Part shown: positions 10,731-19,391 of the stretch, in pieces | Layout of the letters: each line of letters starts with the position of its first letter | Position numbering within the stretch: the stretch's first letter is position 1 | DNA from: Candidatus Limnocylindrales bacterium | GTDB taxonomy: Bacteria > Moduliflexota > Moduliflexia > Moduliflexales > JAUQPW01 | DNA: 40,397 nucleotides | Assembly (NCBI GenBank): GCA_035559535.1 | Contig: DATMBG010000021.1 | Span: 186,001-226,397, forward strand | Reading direction: 5' to 3' | Made by a program: the position numbers and the translations under genes | The notes under the pieces: generated by a model | The model's database searches: none | Seen by the model: the letters and a program-made list of their open reading frames with translations, nothing else | What the model was told of the DNA's origin: nothing

Positions 10731-10803
10731 ATAAGGTCCGTTGCCTGTGGCCCCGGGAGTCCTTTGGGTTTAAGGCCGGGACTAAAAATACAAGCAACGG
10801 ACC

Positions 10804-11358
10804 CTATTTAAGAAGATTTTTAACCAGCTTCCTGGCGTCCTCGCTGGCCCAATCCCTATCGCCTAAGGTCCATCCGATAAGAAATCCCTCCTTGTCGATT
10901 AAATAAGAGGTTGGTAAACCCCTTACCCCATAGTCTTTGGTTGTTTTTCCCTCTGAATCCAGAAGGATCGGAAAAGACACCTTTGTCTCTTCCAAAAAGG
11001 CCTTGATCTTATCTAAAGTTTCCTGGTAATCGATGGCTAGAACAACCAGGCCTTCATCTTTAAATTCCTGATAAAGTGTATCTATGGCGGGCATCTCTTT
11101 ACGACAGGGAATACACCAGGTAGCCCAGAAGTTTAAGAGAACCACTTTACCCACAAAACTGGACAGACTTACCTCCTGACCCTCCAGGTTTTTCAGGGTA
11201 AAATCCGGAGCTTTTTTCTTTTCCTTGTATTTTGTAACCTCTAAGGCCTTCATCGGGTCATTGGCAGCAGAAAGCCAGGCAGAGAAAAACAGAACAGTTA
11301 TTAAATTATACATGACCATCAACATTTTAGGCGATTTTTTACAAGCTTTCCTTGACAT
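10804..11358 (-). CDS. TlpA/ResA-like thiol-disulfide oxidoreductase (start uncertain)
   Basis: APDFTL, LLNFWATWCIPCRKEMP, YGVRGLPTSYLID. Confidence 0.9.
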   Translation of the reverse strand: MSRKACKKSPKMLMVMYNLITVLFFSAWLSAANDPMKALEVTKYKEKKKAPDFTLKNLEGQEVSLSSFVGKVVLLNFWATWCIPCRKEMPAIDTLYQEFKDEGLVVLAIDYQETLDKIKAFLEETKVSFPILLDSEGKTTKDYGVRGLPTSYLIDKEGFLIGWTLGDRDWASEDARKLVKNLLK

Positions 11359-11548
11359 GTCTTCTCCTTCTGAGATAGAGTTAATAAATCAAGCTTTTCA
11401 CTTTTAACCTCCACGACAAAGGAGGGGGCCTGGATTGAATGAAATTAAGTTAATATGATAAAAGTTTTTATAAAACCCTGTCAAGAAATTTGTCCGTTAT
11501 CCGTTGTAGAGCGTAACCAACAGGCAACAGACAGCGGGCAACAGAGGT

Positions 11549-12970
11549 ATGAAAGTATTACTTATTGCCATGCCGGATACCACCAGTTGCTTTGATCACA
11601 TCATGGAGGTTCCAAACCTTGGAATATGCTCCATTGCCGGAAATTTAGAGGGATGTGATGTCAAAGTTCTGGATCTTGTCCTGCATAAAAAGAAGATCAC
11701 CTCGTTTATTGAAAAAATCATGGACGATTTTGACCCGGATCTGGTCGGTCTCAGTGCCATGAGTTTTCAATACGACAGTGCACGGCGTATTGCCAGCATC
11801 TGTAAAAGAGTTAAGGGTGAAGTTCTAACGGTTCTAGGTGGGTATCATGCCAGCTTGATGTACCAGGAAATAGGGGACAGTGATGACGGCAGGCTGTTCG
11901 ATTTCATCGTCCGGGGTGAAGGGGAGATCACCTTCAACCGATTGGTTCAGGAGTTAGCTTCTGAGAAGAAAAACTTTGCCTCCATCCCCGGCCTGTCCTT
12001 CAGGCAGAACGGGATCTTTTACCATAACCCCCCGGCCCCCCTTCTCGATCTTGAGCAAATCAAACTTCCCAATCGGGATTGTCGAATACTCCAGGATTTT
12101 GAATTCATGAAAAAGAAGTTCGACTGTGCAGAAACGTCTCGAGGATGTACTTTACCCTGCAACTTTTGCAGTATTACCAAAATGTACGGGCGATCTTTCC
12201 GACTTTACCCTATCCAACGCATTATCCAGGATCTCAAGAACTTACAAGCCCGGGGAGTTAAAGGGGTCTTTTTTGTCGATGATAATATCACCTTGAATGT
12301 AAAACGGCTCAAAGAACTGTGTAAGGCCATGGTTCGGGAAAAGGTCAACGATCTGTATTATATCACCCAGGCTAGCGTCCCGGGTATCGCAGCAGATCCA
12401 GAGCTGGCAGGCTGGTTAAGACAGGCCGGATTTCGTTTGGTATTCATGGGAATCGAAAGCGGAATCGAACGAAATCTAAAGGAAATGCATAAAAGAGGGG
12501 TTTTGCAAAATACCCGAAAAGCGGTTTCCCTTCTGCAAGAGCAGGATATTTGTGTATTGGGCGGCTTTATTATCGGTAATCCTCAAGACGACCGTGAAGA
12601 CATCAAAAGCACTTACGATTATGCCTATGATATCGGAGTGGACCACGCCATCGTCCAGTGCATGACCCCCTATCCGAAAACCGAAGTTCGGGAAAAACTG
12701 CTGGCACAGGGTTATATCACCAATCCCGATGATTTAACACGATACACCGGATTTATTTGTAATGTACGAACTCAATTTCTGACCACCGAAGAGTTGAAGA
12801 AATGGATGATCCTGTATGGAATAAAGCTTTACTTCAACCCGCGATATATTCTGAGAAACCGCCTCTGGTGGCATCACAAAAGGAATGCCCATCGTATGTT
12901 GATAAATAATATCAAATTCGTGGTCGACGGATTGCGGGGAAAGTTGTTTTATTCAAGACATAGCTGGTGA
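11549..12970 (+). CDS. Cobalamin-binding radical SAM protein
   Basis: B12-binding N-domain (DLVGLSAMS, GGYHAS, RGEGE), SRGCTLPCNFC motif, FVDDN, GIESG. Confidence 0.9.
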   Translation: MKVLLIAMPDTTSCFDHIMEVPNLGICSIAGNLEGCDVKVLDLVLHKKKITSFIEKIMDDFDPDLVGLSAMSFQYDSARRIASICKRVKGEVLTVLGGYHASLMYQEIGDSDDGRLFDFIVRGEGEITFNRLVQELASEKKNFASIPGLSFRQNGIFYHNPPAPLLDLEQIKLPNRDCRILQDFEFMKKKFDCAETSRGCTLPCNFCSITKMYGRSFRLYPIQRIIQDLKNLQARGVKGVFFVDDNITLNVKRLKELCKAMVREKVNDLYYITQASVPGIAADPELAGWLRQAGFRLVFMGIESGIERNLKEMHKRGVLQNTRKAVSLLQEQDICVLGGFIIGNPQDDREDIKSTYDYAYDIGVDHAIVQCMTPYPKTEVREKLLAQGYITNPDDLTRYTGFICNVRTQFLTTEELKKWMILYGIKLYFNPRYILRNRLWWHHKRNAHRMLINNIKFVVDGLRGKLFYSRHSW

Positions 12971-13050
12971 GGGTATGGGAGGATGGAAGTGTGGAAGTGT
13001 GGGAAGATGGAAGTAAATACCCTCATACTCCCTACTCTATACCCTTACAC
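12971..13050. repeat. Octamer tandem/inverted repeat cassette
   Basis: gtatggga/gtgtggaa units followed by ctcatact/ctctatac units; same family as 4572-4712. Confidence 0.65.
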
Positions 13051-13058
13051 TGATAGGC

Positions 13059-14222
13059 GTGTTTGACGTTATTATCGTTGGAGCCGGTCCTGCGGGGTCT
13101 GCTACGGCTACCTTTCTAGGACGGAGGGGTTATCGGGTACTTTTAGTGGATAAAGCCCGATTTCCCAGAGAAAAGGTTTGTGGAGAATTTATGAGCCCGG
13201 AGATCCCCGAAGTACTGGACCGGTTGGGTGCCCTCCCGGCCATCCGGGAAAAAAAGCCCTGGGAAACCCAGGGGATTTTTATCTCCTCCTACCAGAAATT
13301 CCACTTTAAACTGGATTTTTCAACCTATTTTCCCCACCGGGAAGATACTTCGACCCTGGGATTTAATATGCCCCGGTTCCTCTTCGATGAGATCCTCTTC
13401 CGAAATGCTCAGGCAACCGGAATTGAAACCCTGGAAGGATTCAAAGTAACCGATCTCATCTTTCAAGGGGACCGGATCTGTGGGGTCAGGGGTATTCACC
13501 CGACCGGGGACAAGTTAGAACTCAGATCCCGTATGGTCATCGGGGCCGGAGGAAGAAACTGTATAGTAGCCCGGCGACTTCATCTCCACAGGGGATACTG
13601 GTGGTTAAAAAAAGTGGCTCTGATGACCTACTTCAGAGAGGTTCGTGATCCGGGAAAATATGTGGAAATGTATGTCCATCCACCGGGATACTGCGGGATT
13701 GCACCCCTTGGAGAGGACCGGCTTAACGTTTCCCTGGTCGTAGATTGGGAGGCAATTCAAAACCGTCGTGGAGATCTCTGGGATTACCTCCTGGAAGGAC
13801 TCTTCAGAAACCGTCTCGTTCGGGAAAAATTAGCCGGAGCTCGACCGGAAGGTCATCTCAAAGGCGTAGGTCCTCTGGCCTTCAAAGCAAAACGCTGCTC
13901 TTGGGACGGAGCCCTTCTGGTCGGAGATTCTGCCGGATTTATAGATCCCTTTACAGGGGAAGGCATTTATCACGCCCTGCGAAGCGGAGAACTGGCAGCC
14001 GAAGTTGTTCATGAAGCTTTTAAAGTCGGCAACTTCTCAAAGGAATTTCTACAAAGCTATGACCGTACCCGAATCCAGGAATTCCGAAAAAAATTCCGGA
14101 TCTGCCACGTCCTTCAACATATTCTTTATCGCCCCTGGCTGGCTAATTTTGTGGCTCGATCCATGGCCAGGGACTCTATTCTCAAAGAATGGCTGATTCC
14201 CTGGAAACCATCGGAGGATTAA
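13059..14222 (+). CDS. Geranylgeranyl reductase-family FAD-dependent oxidoreductase
   Basis: DVIIVGAGPAG, FPREKVCGE, LVGDSAGFIDPFTGEGIYHALRSG. Confidence 0.88.
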   Translation: MFDVIIVGAGPAGSATATFLGRRGYRVLLVDKARFPREKVCGEFMSPEIPEVLDRLGALPAIREKKPWETQGIFISSYQKFHFKLDFSTYFPHREDTSTLGFNMPRFLFDEILFRNAQATGIETLEGFKVTDLIFQGDRICGVRGIHPTGDKLELRSRMVIGAGGRNCIVARRLHLHRGYWWLKKVALMTYFREVRDPGKYVEMYVHPPGYCGIAPLGEDRLNVSLVVDWEAIQNRRGDLWDYLLEGLFRNRLVREKLAGARPEGHLKGVGPLAFKAKRCSWDGALLVGDSAGFIDPFTGEGIYHALRSGELAAEVVHEAFKVGNFSKEFLQSYDRTRIQEFRKKFRICHVLQHILYRPWLANFVARSMARDSILKEWLIPWKPSED

Positions 14223-14243
14223 AACCCGACCCTTCCTTCAAAA

Positions 14244-14915
14244 CTAAGGGCTCGCCTCGGCAACCAGATTAAATTCCACCCTCACATTCTTATCCATCTT
14301 GACAAAGACAATAACAGGAACCCGGGGCGGATCGATCTGATAATCTGTAATATCCAGAGGCATTTTACCGGAGATAGTCACCCGGTTACCTTCCCTCTTA
14401 CTTTCAACTTCCACGGTCACAGGTCTCTCAACTCCATGAATACCCAGCATCCCTTCCACTTTATATCTGTCCGGGCCTGTATCCGAAGCCTTTTGAATCA
14501 AGCGGACCTGACCCAATTTGAAGGTGATCAGAGGATATTTCTCTACCTCCAGGGTTTCCCTCATCTTTTTGTCCCGACGATCATTACCCGTATTCAGAGA
14601 CCGGGCCTCTACCCGAACTTCGGCTTTTAAATTTGAGGAAGGGGCCTGGGTGATCGTTTCGATGGGTCCCTCCAGGAAGCCTTCAATCTGCGTACTGGTA
14701 CCCGTAAATTTATCAAAAGGGGAGCTTCCATAAAATTTAACCTGACTCAGGCCGGGAAGTATCTTATAAAAGGCAGGCTTCGAGGAAGCAGCCGGCTTAG
14801 CATAAGTCGGAAAGGTAAGGAAAAAATGCTTCGTCCCGATAAAAATGAGACCCTGAAACAACAAAAAATAAATAATGACTTTCTTAAAATAGTTCTTCTT
14901 GAAATTCATCAGCAA
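14244..14915 (-). CDS. YceI-family lipid/polyisoprenoid-binding protein
   Basis: SLNTGNDRRDKKMRETLEVEKYPLITF, LGIHGVERPV; N-terminal hydrophobic signal. Confidence 0.85.
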   Translation of the reverse strand: MLMNFKKNYFKKVIIYFLLFQGLIFIGTKHFFLTFPTYAKPAASSKPAFYKILPGLSQVKFYGSSPFDKFTGTSTQIEGFLEGPIETITQAPSSNLKAEVRVEARSLNTGNDRRDKKMRETLEVEKYPLITFKLGQVRLIQKASDTGPDRYKVEGMLGIHGVERPVTVEVESKREGNRVTISGKMPLDITDYQIDPPRVPVIVFVKMDKNVRVEFNLVAEASP

Positions 14916-14992
14916 CCCTCATTCCTGGCAGAGTAAACTATCCTTAAAGTAGGTAGAGCGGAGATAGCTGTCAATTCCATTTTTTAAGTATC

Positions 14993-15021
14993 TTGACAAA
15001 GTGCTTTCTGGTACCTATGTT
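14993..15021 (+). promoter_or_regulatory. Sigma70-like promoter
   Basis: TTGACA-N17-TATGTT upstream of RBS GAGGAGGTG and ATG 15055. Confidence 0.6.
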
Positions 15022-15054
15022 TGAGGGAGAGTGAGAGGAGGTGAGAAGATTTAC

Positions 15055-15276
15055 ATGTTAAAGCTTTACCAGTTTGAGACCTGACCTTACTGTGAAAAAG
15101 TAAGAAAGGTTCTTTCTTATAAACAGTTGGATTATGAAAAAATAGAGGTTCCTCGCAACGACAAAAGCGAGTTGATTAAAATTTCCGGACAGGAACTCGT
15201 TCCGGTGTTGGTGGATAATGATAAAGTGATTGTGGACTCTACGGACATCATCGAGTACCTGGAGAAGCACTATTAA
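15055..15276 (+). CDS. Probable selenocysteine-containing glutaredoxin / GST N-terminal domain protein (73 aa)
   Basis: MLKLYQFET-U(TGA 15082-84)-PYCEKVRKVLSYKQLDYEKIEVPRNDKSELIKISGQELVPVLVDNDKVIVDSTDIIEYLEKHY. TGA sits at the first Cys of CPYC; strong RBS; fold continues in frame. Confidence 0.85.
15100..15120 (+). promoter_or_regulatory. Candidate bacterial SECIS hairpin
   Basis: Stem TAAGAAAG/CTTTCTTA with apical loop GTT (G first, then U), loop about 24 nt after the UGA. Confidence 0.65.
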
Positions 15277-15462
15277 TTTAAGTTCTAAAGACCTATTCTA
15301 GCTTTTTATATCGGAAAACCGGATAGGAGAAGGGGAGAAAGAAGGTGTGAAGGGCAGGATTTTCAGGGGTAGAGGCAGGTTTTTCTCACCTGACCTCCTG
15401 GCCCCCCTTCCTGAGGCCTGTCCCATCACTTTCCTTTCTCCCTTGTTTTTCTATTTTTTTAG

Positions 15463-15825
15463 ATGAGACGGAGTGTACTTCCCGAAGATCCTTATGAAAG
15501 GGCTTTATGCAAGTTGATAGAAGAATACGCCGACGAGCATCTGGCCAAAATTCTGTATAAGTACAGAATGGAAATTAATAAAGAAGAATCTCAGCAAGAT
15601 AAAGCGCTTTTAGCACAATATCAAAAAGCGGTGGAAGAAAATCTAAAAATTCTCAATGATCTCCTGACCGGGCGAGAATGGCTGGTTGGGAACCGGTATT
15701 CCCTGGCTGATATTTCTATTTACGCTTTTCTCCAAAGAATGGCCGCAGAACCTAAATCCTGGAAAATTGTTGAGGAGAGGTATCCTCAGATTATACGATG
15801 GTTTGAGGCAGTGAAAAAGCAATAA
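15463..15825 (+). CDS. Glutathione S-transferase C-terminal domain protein (stand-alone)
   Basis: LPEDPYERA, LNDLLTGREWLVGNRYSLADISIY, YPQIIRWF; no obvious RBS. Confidence 0.75.
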   Translation: MRRSVLPEDPYERALCKLIEEYADEHLAKILYKYRMEINKEESQQDKALLAQYQKAVEENLKILNDLLTGREWLVGNRYSLADISIYAFLQRMAAEPKSWKIVEERYPQIIRWFEAVKKQ

Positions 15826-15930
15826 TCGGTAGGAGAGGTTGGGCATAAGCCCCAGGCTAAGGCTTGGTCGGGACGCGACTGTCTGCCTTACCTCCTTTGC
15901 TCTCCCTCTCCCGAAGCCTCCCTCAACCCC

Positions 15931-16356
15931 CCTATGCGCCAGGATAAGAGTGAGATCCCTGAGGAGGACCCTTAATGTCAAATATCAAACGAGACGTTTG
16001 ATCCACCGGATATTTAACCTACTAACCTTCCCCCGCTTTGCAGGGGAAGGAACTTTGAAGCGAAGTTCCCTCCCCATCCTATCTTCCTCTAAGCCTCAGC
16101 GGGGCGACCTGTTTCACAGGCCGCTCCTCCGGAGCTTGAAAAATTCTGGATGACTGGATCCCCTGACTTGCATCCTTAGCATTACCCACATTTTTTCATG
16201 TCGAAGGTGTGTCAACCGGGACGGTTGACCTACTAACCTGACCGTTTTAAACCCCATCCTCCCAAATCGAAAAATGTGAATAAAGGTAAGGACTTACGTC
16301 CGGGGCTACCCACGGTTCGCTCCTGACGGGCTTTTCAGCTTAACCTGGCACGTATG
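15931..16356 (+). mobile_element. MITE copy 1, expanded by nested insertions
   Basis: Ends cctatgcgccaggataag ... cttaacctggcacgtatg; internal blocks (ctgtttcacaggccgctcctccggag, tgactggatccc) shared with 36900-37053 and 40191-40344. Confidence 0.75.
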
Positions 16357-16481
16357 CCGAGTTCCCCCTTCTCATAAGAGTATCTTTTTTATTGACTTAA
16401 ATCCCCTTCCCCCCTCTATCCCCCCGCATGCGGGGGGAAGGGGGGTTGGGGGTTAGGTGAGAAAAAACTGCCTTGAAATTT

Positions 16482-17855
16482 TTACAGATGCAGGATAACC
16501 ATCACGGCCATAATAATCAAAATGGCGAAGGTCAAAATCCCCACCATACGCTTTTCTTCCCATACAAGTTCTTCCACATCGGTGGGTAAGGTTGTCGGGA
16601 TAAGTTTTTCTTTGACAACCATAACAACGGCTACCAGAAACCACAGCATCATGGCTACTTCAGAATCTCCAAAATTGTTTTCAAAGAATCCTTCAACGAA
16701 AAAGGCGATAAAACCGGCCAGACAACCCAGGATCAAGGCCCGTAAGTAGTAACGGTCCGGGGGAATTTGCTCAAGGGTCACTCCGGTTTGTTTAAAGATC
16801 GTGATCCAGAGCCAGATAAAAGCCATCAGGCCTAAAATACCCCGATCAACGGTAATCATAATCAAATCATTGTGGGAATGGGCATGGCTTGGGGGTTCTT
16901 TAAAGGGGTAAGATTTTTGGTACTCCCGGGACAACTTATTATAATTTCCCTGTCCGATTCCAGTTATCGGATGATCTTTAATCATATCCAGGGAACTTTT
17001 CCAGATATAGATGCGATCCATATTCTGCTCAAAGCTAAACATACTCCTGGCACGGTTTAAAACCGAAGGTTGAAGCATAAAAATTATTATTACACAGACC
17101 AGAGCACCCAAAATCAGTTTTAAGAATGATTTTCGGCCTTTTAGATAACCTAAGAACAGCAAAGCAACCCCAAATCCTAACCAGGCACTTCGGGTATAGG
17201 TCCATATCAGGGCAAAAAATATACAGACTGCGGAAACGATCAGTGGAAATTTGTTTTTATTGGATCGATCAAAGAGAATAAAAGACCAGACCAGAGAAAG
17301 GACCATAATGAGCTGTCCAGCAAAGGTCATAGAGATGGAAAAAGTCCCGGGTATACGGATATCGGACCCAGGCAAATCAGTGACGGGTCTTAAGTAATTC
17401 TTATGGCCACTTAAACGGAACCAGTCTATATGCCAGAAGTGCTGGGCAATTCCATAAATTGCGTTGAGGGTTGCAATAATTAAAAGAAGGGTTATTAATT
17501 TTTTGATGGTTTTGAGATCTTTCAGGTAATAGAAAACCAGGTAAAACACCGACATGGGGAAAAGAGAAGGAATGAGGACCTTCAAACTCTTGAACACGTT
17601 AACGCTAAAGAGTGTCGAGATCAGAGTAGCCAGGACGAAGAGAAGGATAGGGAGATCCATAGGACTCTTCATAAATCGGAGTCGGCGGGTTGTTAGGGCC
17701 TCTGCAAAATAGGCAACCAAGATAAATCCCAGGCTGATCTGGGAAAAGGCAATAGAGGCCGGTAGAAATAAAACGAAGGAAAACAGGCCAAACTGGGCTA
17801 AATTTTCACACCATTTCAGGACCTGCTCTTTATGAGAAAGTGTTTGATTTAACAT
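16482..17855 (-). CDS. O-antigen ligase (WaaL/Wzy_C) family protein
   Basis: Multi-TM; TYTRSAWLG, RIYIWKSSLDMIKDHPITGIG, HAHSHN. Confidence 0.88.
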   Translation of the reverse strand: MLNQTLSHKEQVLKWCENLAQFGLFSFVLFLPASIAFSQISLGFILVAYFAEALTTRRLRFMKSPMDLPILLFVLATLISTLFSVNVFKSLKVLIPSLFPMSVFYLVFYYLKDLKTIKKLITLLLIIATLNAIYGIAQHFWHIDWFRLSGHKNYLRPVTDLPGSDIRIPGTFSISMTFAGQLIMVLSLVWSFILFDRSNKNKFPLIVSAVCIFFALIWTYTRSAWLGFGVALLFLGYLKGRKSFLKLILGALVCVIIIFMLQPSVLNRARSMFSFEQNMDRIYIWKSSLDMIKDHPITGIGQGNYNKLSREYQKSYPFKEPPSHAHSHNDLIMITVDRGILGLMAFIWLWITIFKQTGVTLEQIPPDRYYLRALILGCLAGFIAFFVEGFFENNFGDSEVAMMLWFLVAVVMVVKEKLIPTTLPTDVEELVWEEKRMVGILTFAILIIMAVMVILHL

Positions 17856-17898
17856 CTCTTATCAACCTGGAGTGTAGGAATACTTTGTAATGTTAATT

Positions 17899-18250
17899 CT
17901 GTGTAATTTCCCCTCACCCTCCCTTTCCCTCCCCGTGGGCGGAGAGGGAAGCGAGAAGATCTCCGGGCCAGCTCCCGGTGAACCCTCCTCATCCTCCCCG
18001 TGGACGGGAAGGGAAGGGGGAGAGGGGGGTTCACCGGGAGTAAAGGCAGAACCGTTATTCAAATCTAACTTTACAAGGGAGTAGTACACTGTTACCTTAA
18101 TTTTGACCTCATAGGGCTGCTTTCACTCCCCAGCTCCCCTCACCCCCATCCCCCCCCTAGCCCCCCAGTGCCCCCCCTCCGTAGGGGCGGGAGGCCTCCC
18201 GCCCCTACACAGGAGAGGGGCCGGGGGTGAGGGCCACTTAAACGTTAAAC
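17899..18250. repeat. Cluster of REP/MITE-like repeats, including GTAG REP at 18181-18208
   Basis: 18116-18250 matches 36748-36822; 18048-18086 is the reverse complement of 36846-36881; gtaggggcgggaggcctcccgcccctac palindrome. Confidence 0.8.
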
Positions 18251-18254
18251 AAAA

Positions 18255-19391
18255 CTAGGTAAACAATGTAGTAGCAGGTAGGGTCTCTGCACTCCAGTTT
18301 TTTAAAAGAACTTCCACACCGGCTAAGACATCTTCTACCGAGATGGAATCTATTTTTCTGTTCTCCTTTCGAATGGCCAGGTAGATATCCCCAATCGGTT
18401 TCCATTGGGCTGGATTAGACGGCCCATACAAGCCGATAAGGGGAACCTTTTGGGAAGCAGCGATATGGAGGGCCCCGGTATCGTTTCCGATATACAGATC
18501 GAAATTTCGCACCAGGCCGGCCAGGGTCCTCAAGGTAGTGGGAGGAGATATAAAAACGCTCTCCTTATTTTTAACCTGCTCTTTGAGGGTTTCCACCAAT
18601 TTTTCTTCACCGGGTCCGCGGGTTAAGATAATCTTAGCTCCATAAAGCTCCACCAGCGCATCGCATAAGTGGGCATATTTATCCAGGGGCCATCTCTTAT
18701 TCTCAAACCGGGCCCCCAAATGGACTCCGATTAACCAACGGGCGGGAGGGATAGATAAAGATTGTAACATCTGTTGACCTTGAAGGATCTCTGCTTCGGT
18801 CAAAACCAGGATATAACTCTTATCGGTTGTATCGGCACCGATATACCGAACCACATCCAGGTTAGAATCTACCTGACTTTTTTCATTTTGGGTATCCACA
18901 GGTACGGCCAGGTTATAGAAAAGATCTCCGGGTCCGGGACCGTACTTTTTATACATTGATCCGAGTCGATATTTCGCACCACTTAGCCAGGCGATAAGGT
19001 CACTGGAGAAAGACCTGGAGACCGTATTGAGTACCACAGCCAGATCGTAGGGACGGATACGCCTGATAAAAGTTAAAAATGTGGAAAGACTCCAGTGTTG
19101 AAGTTGTCGATAATACACAAGGACCTCATCTATATAAGGATTATTGATCAGGATCTCCTGGGTCAGTTGGCGAACCACGACGGTTATATAAGCTTGAGGG
19201 AATCTCTCTCGCAAGGCTCTGAGGGCCGGGGTTGCAATCAAGAGATCACCGATTTGATCGTGCTGACGCACGACGAGAATCCGTTTAATCCGGGAATAAT
19301 CTATCTCTTCCGGCCTGAGAGGGGTCGGAGTAAAGAACAGGCCAACCCCCCTTAGAAGGAGATCCCTGAAAAATCTCTCCAAACCTCTCAA
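18255..19391 (-). CDS. Glycosyltransferase family 9 (LPS heptosyltransferase-like)
   Basis: ILVVRQHDQIGDLLIATP, KRWP, YIGNDTGALHIAA, GLYGPS. Confidence 0.92.
   Translation of the reverse strand: MRGLERFFRDLLLRGVGLFFTPTPLRPEEIDYSRIKRILVVRQHDQIGDLLIATPALRALRERFPQAYITVVVRQLTQEILINNPYIDEVLVYYRQLQHWSLSTFLTFIRRIRPYDLAVVLNTVSRSFSSDLIAWLSGAKYRLGSMYKKYGPGPGDLFYNLAVPVDTQNEKSQVDSNLDVVRYIGADTTDKSYILVLTEAEILQGQQMLQSLSIPPARWLIGVHLGARFENKRWPLDKYAHLCDALVELYGAKIILTRGPGEEKLVETLKEQVKNKESVFISPPTTLRTLAGLVRNFDLYIGNDTGALHIAASQKVPLIGLYGPSNPAQWKPIGDIYLAIRKENRKIDSISVEDVLAGVEVLLKNWSAETLPATTLFT

Noticed and set aside
10804-11358. Second selenoprotein candidate (TlpA-like)
   Set aside because: Active site is ordinary CIPC with no in-frame TGA
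15274-15465. Intron or ribosomal bypass joining the GST halves (pyrimidine tract plus AG before the ATG)
   Set aside because: Bacterial context with no group I/II intron features; the matching TAT landing codon at 15452 is out of frame
15643-18089. Short ORFs 15643-15981, 15839-16153, 17849-18034, 17862-18089 and 17890-18084
   Set aside because: They overlap repeat/MITE sequence or real genes and show no protein motifs
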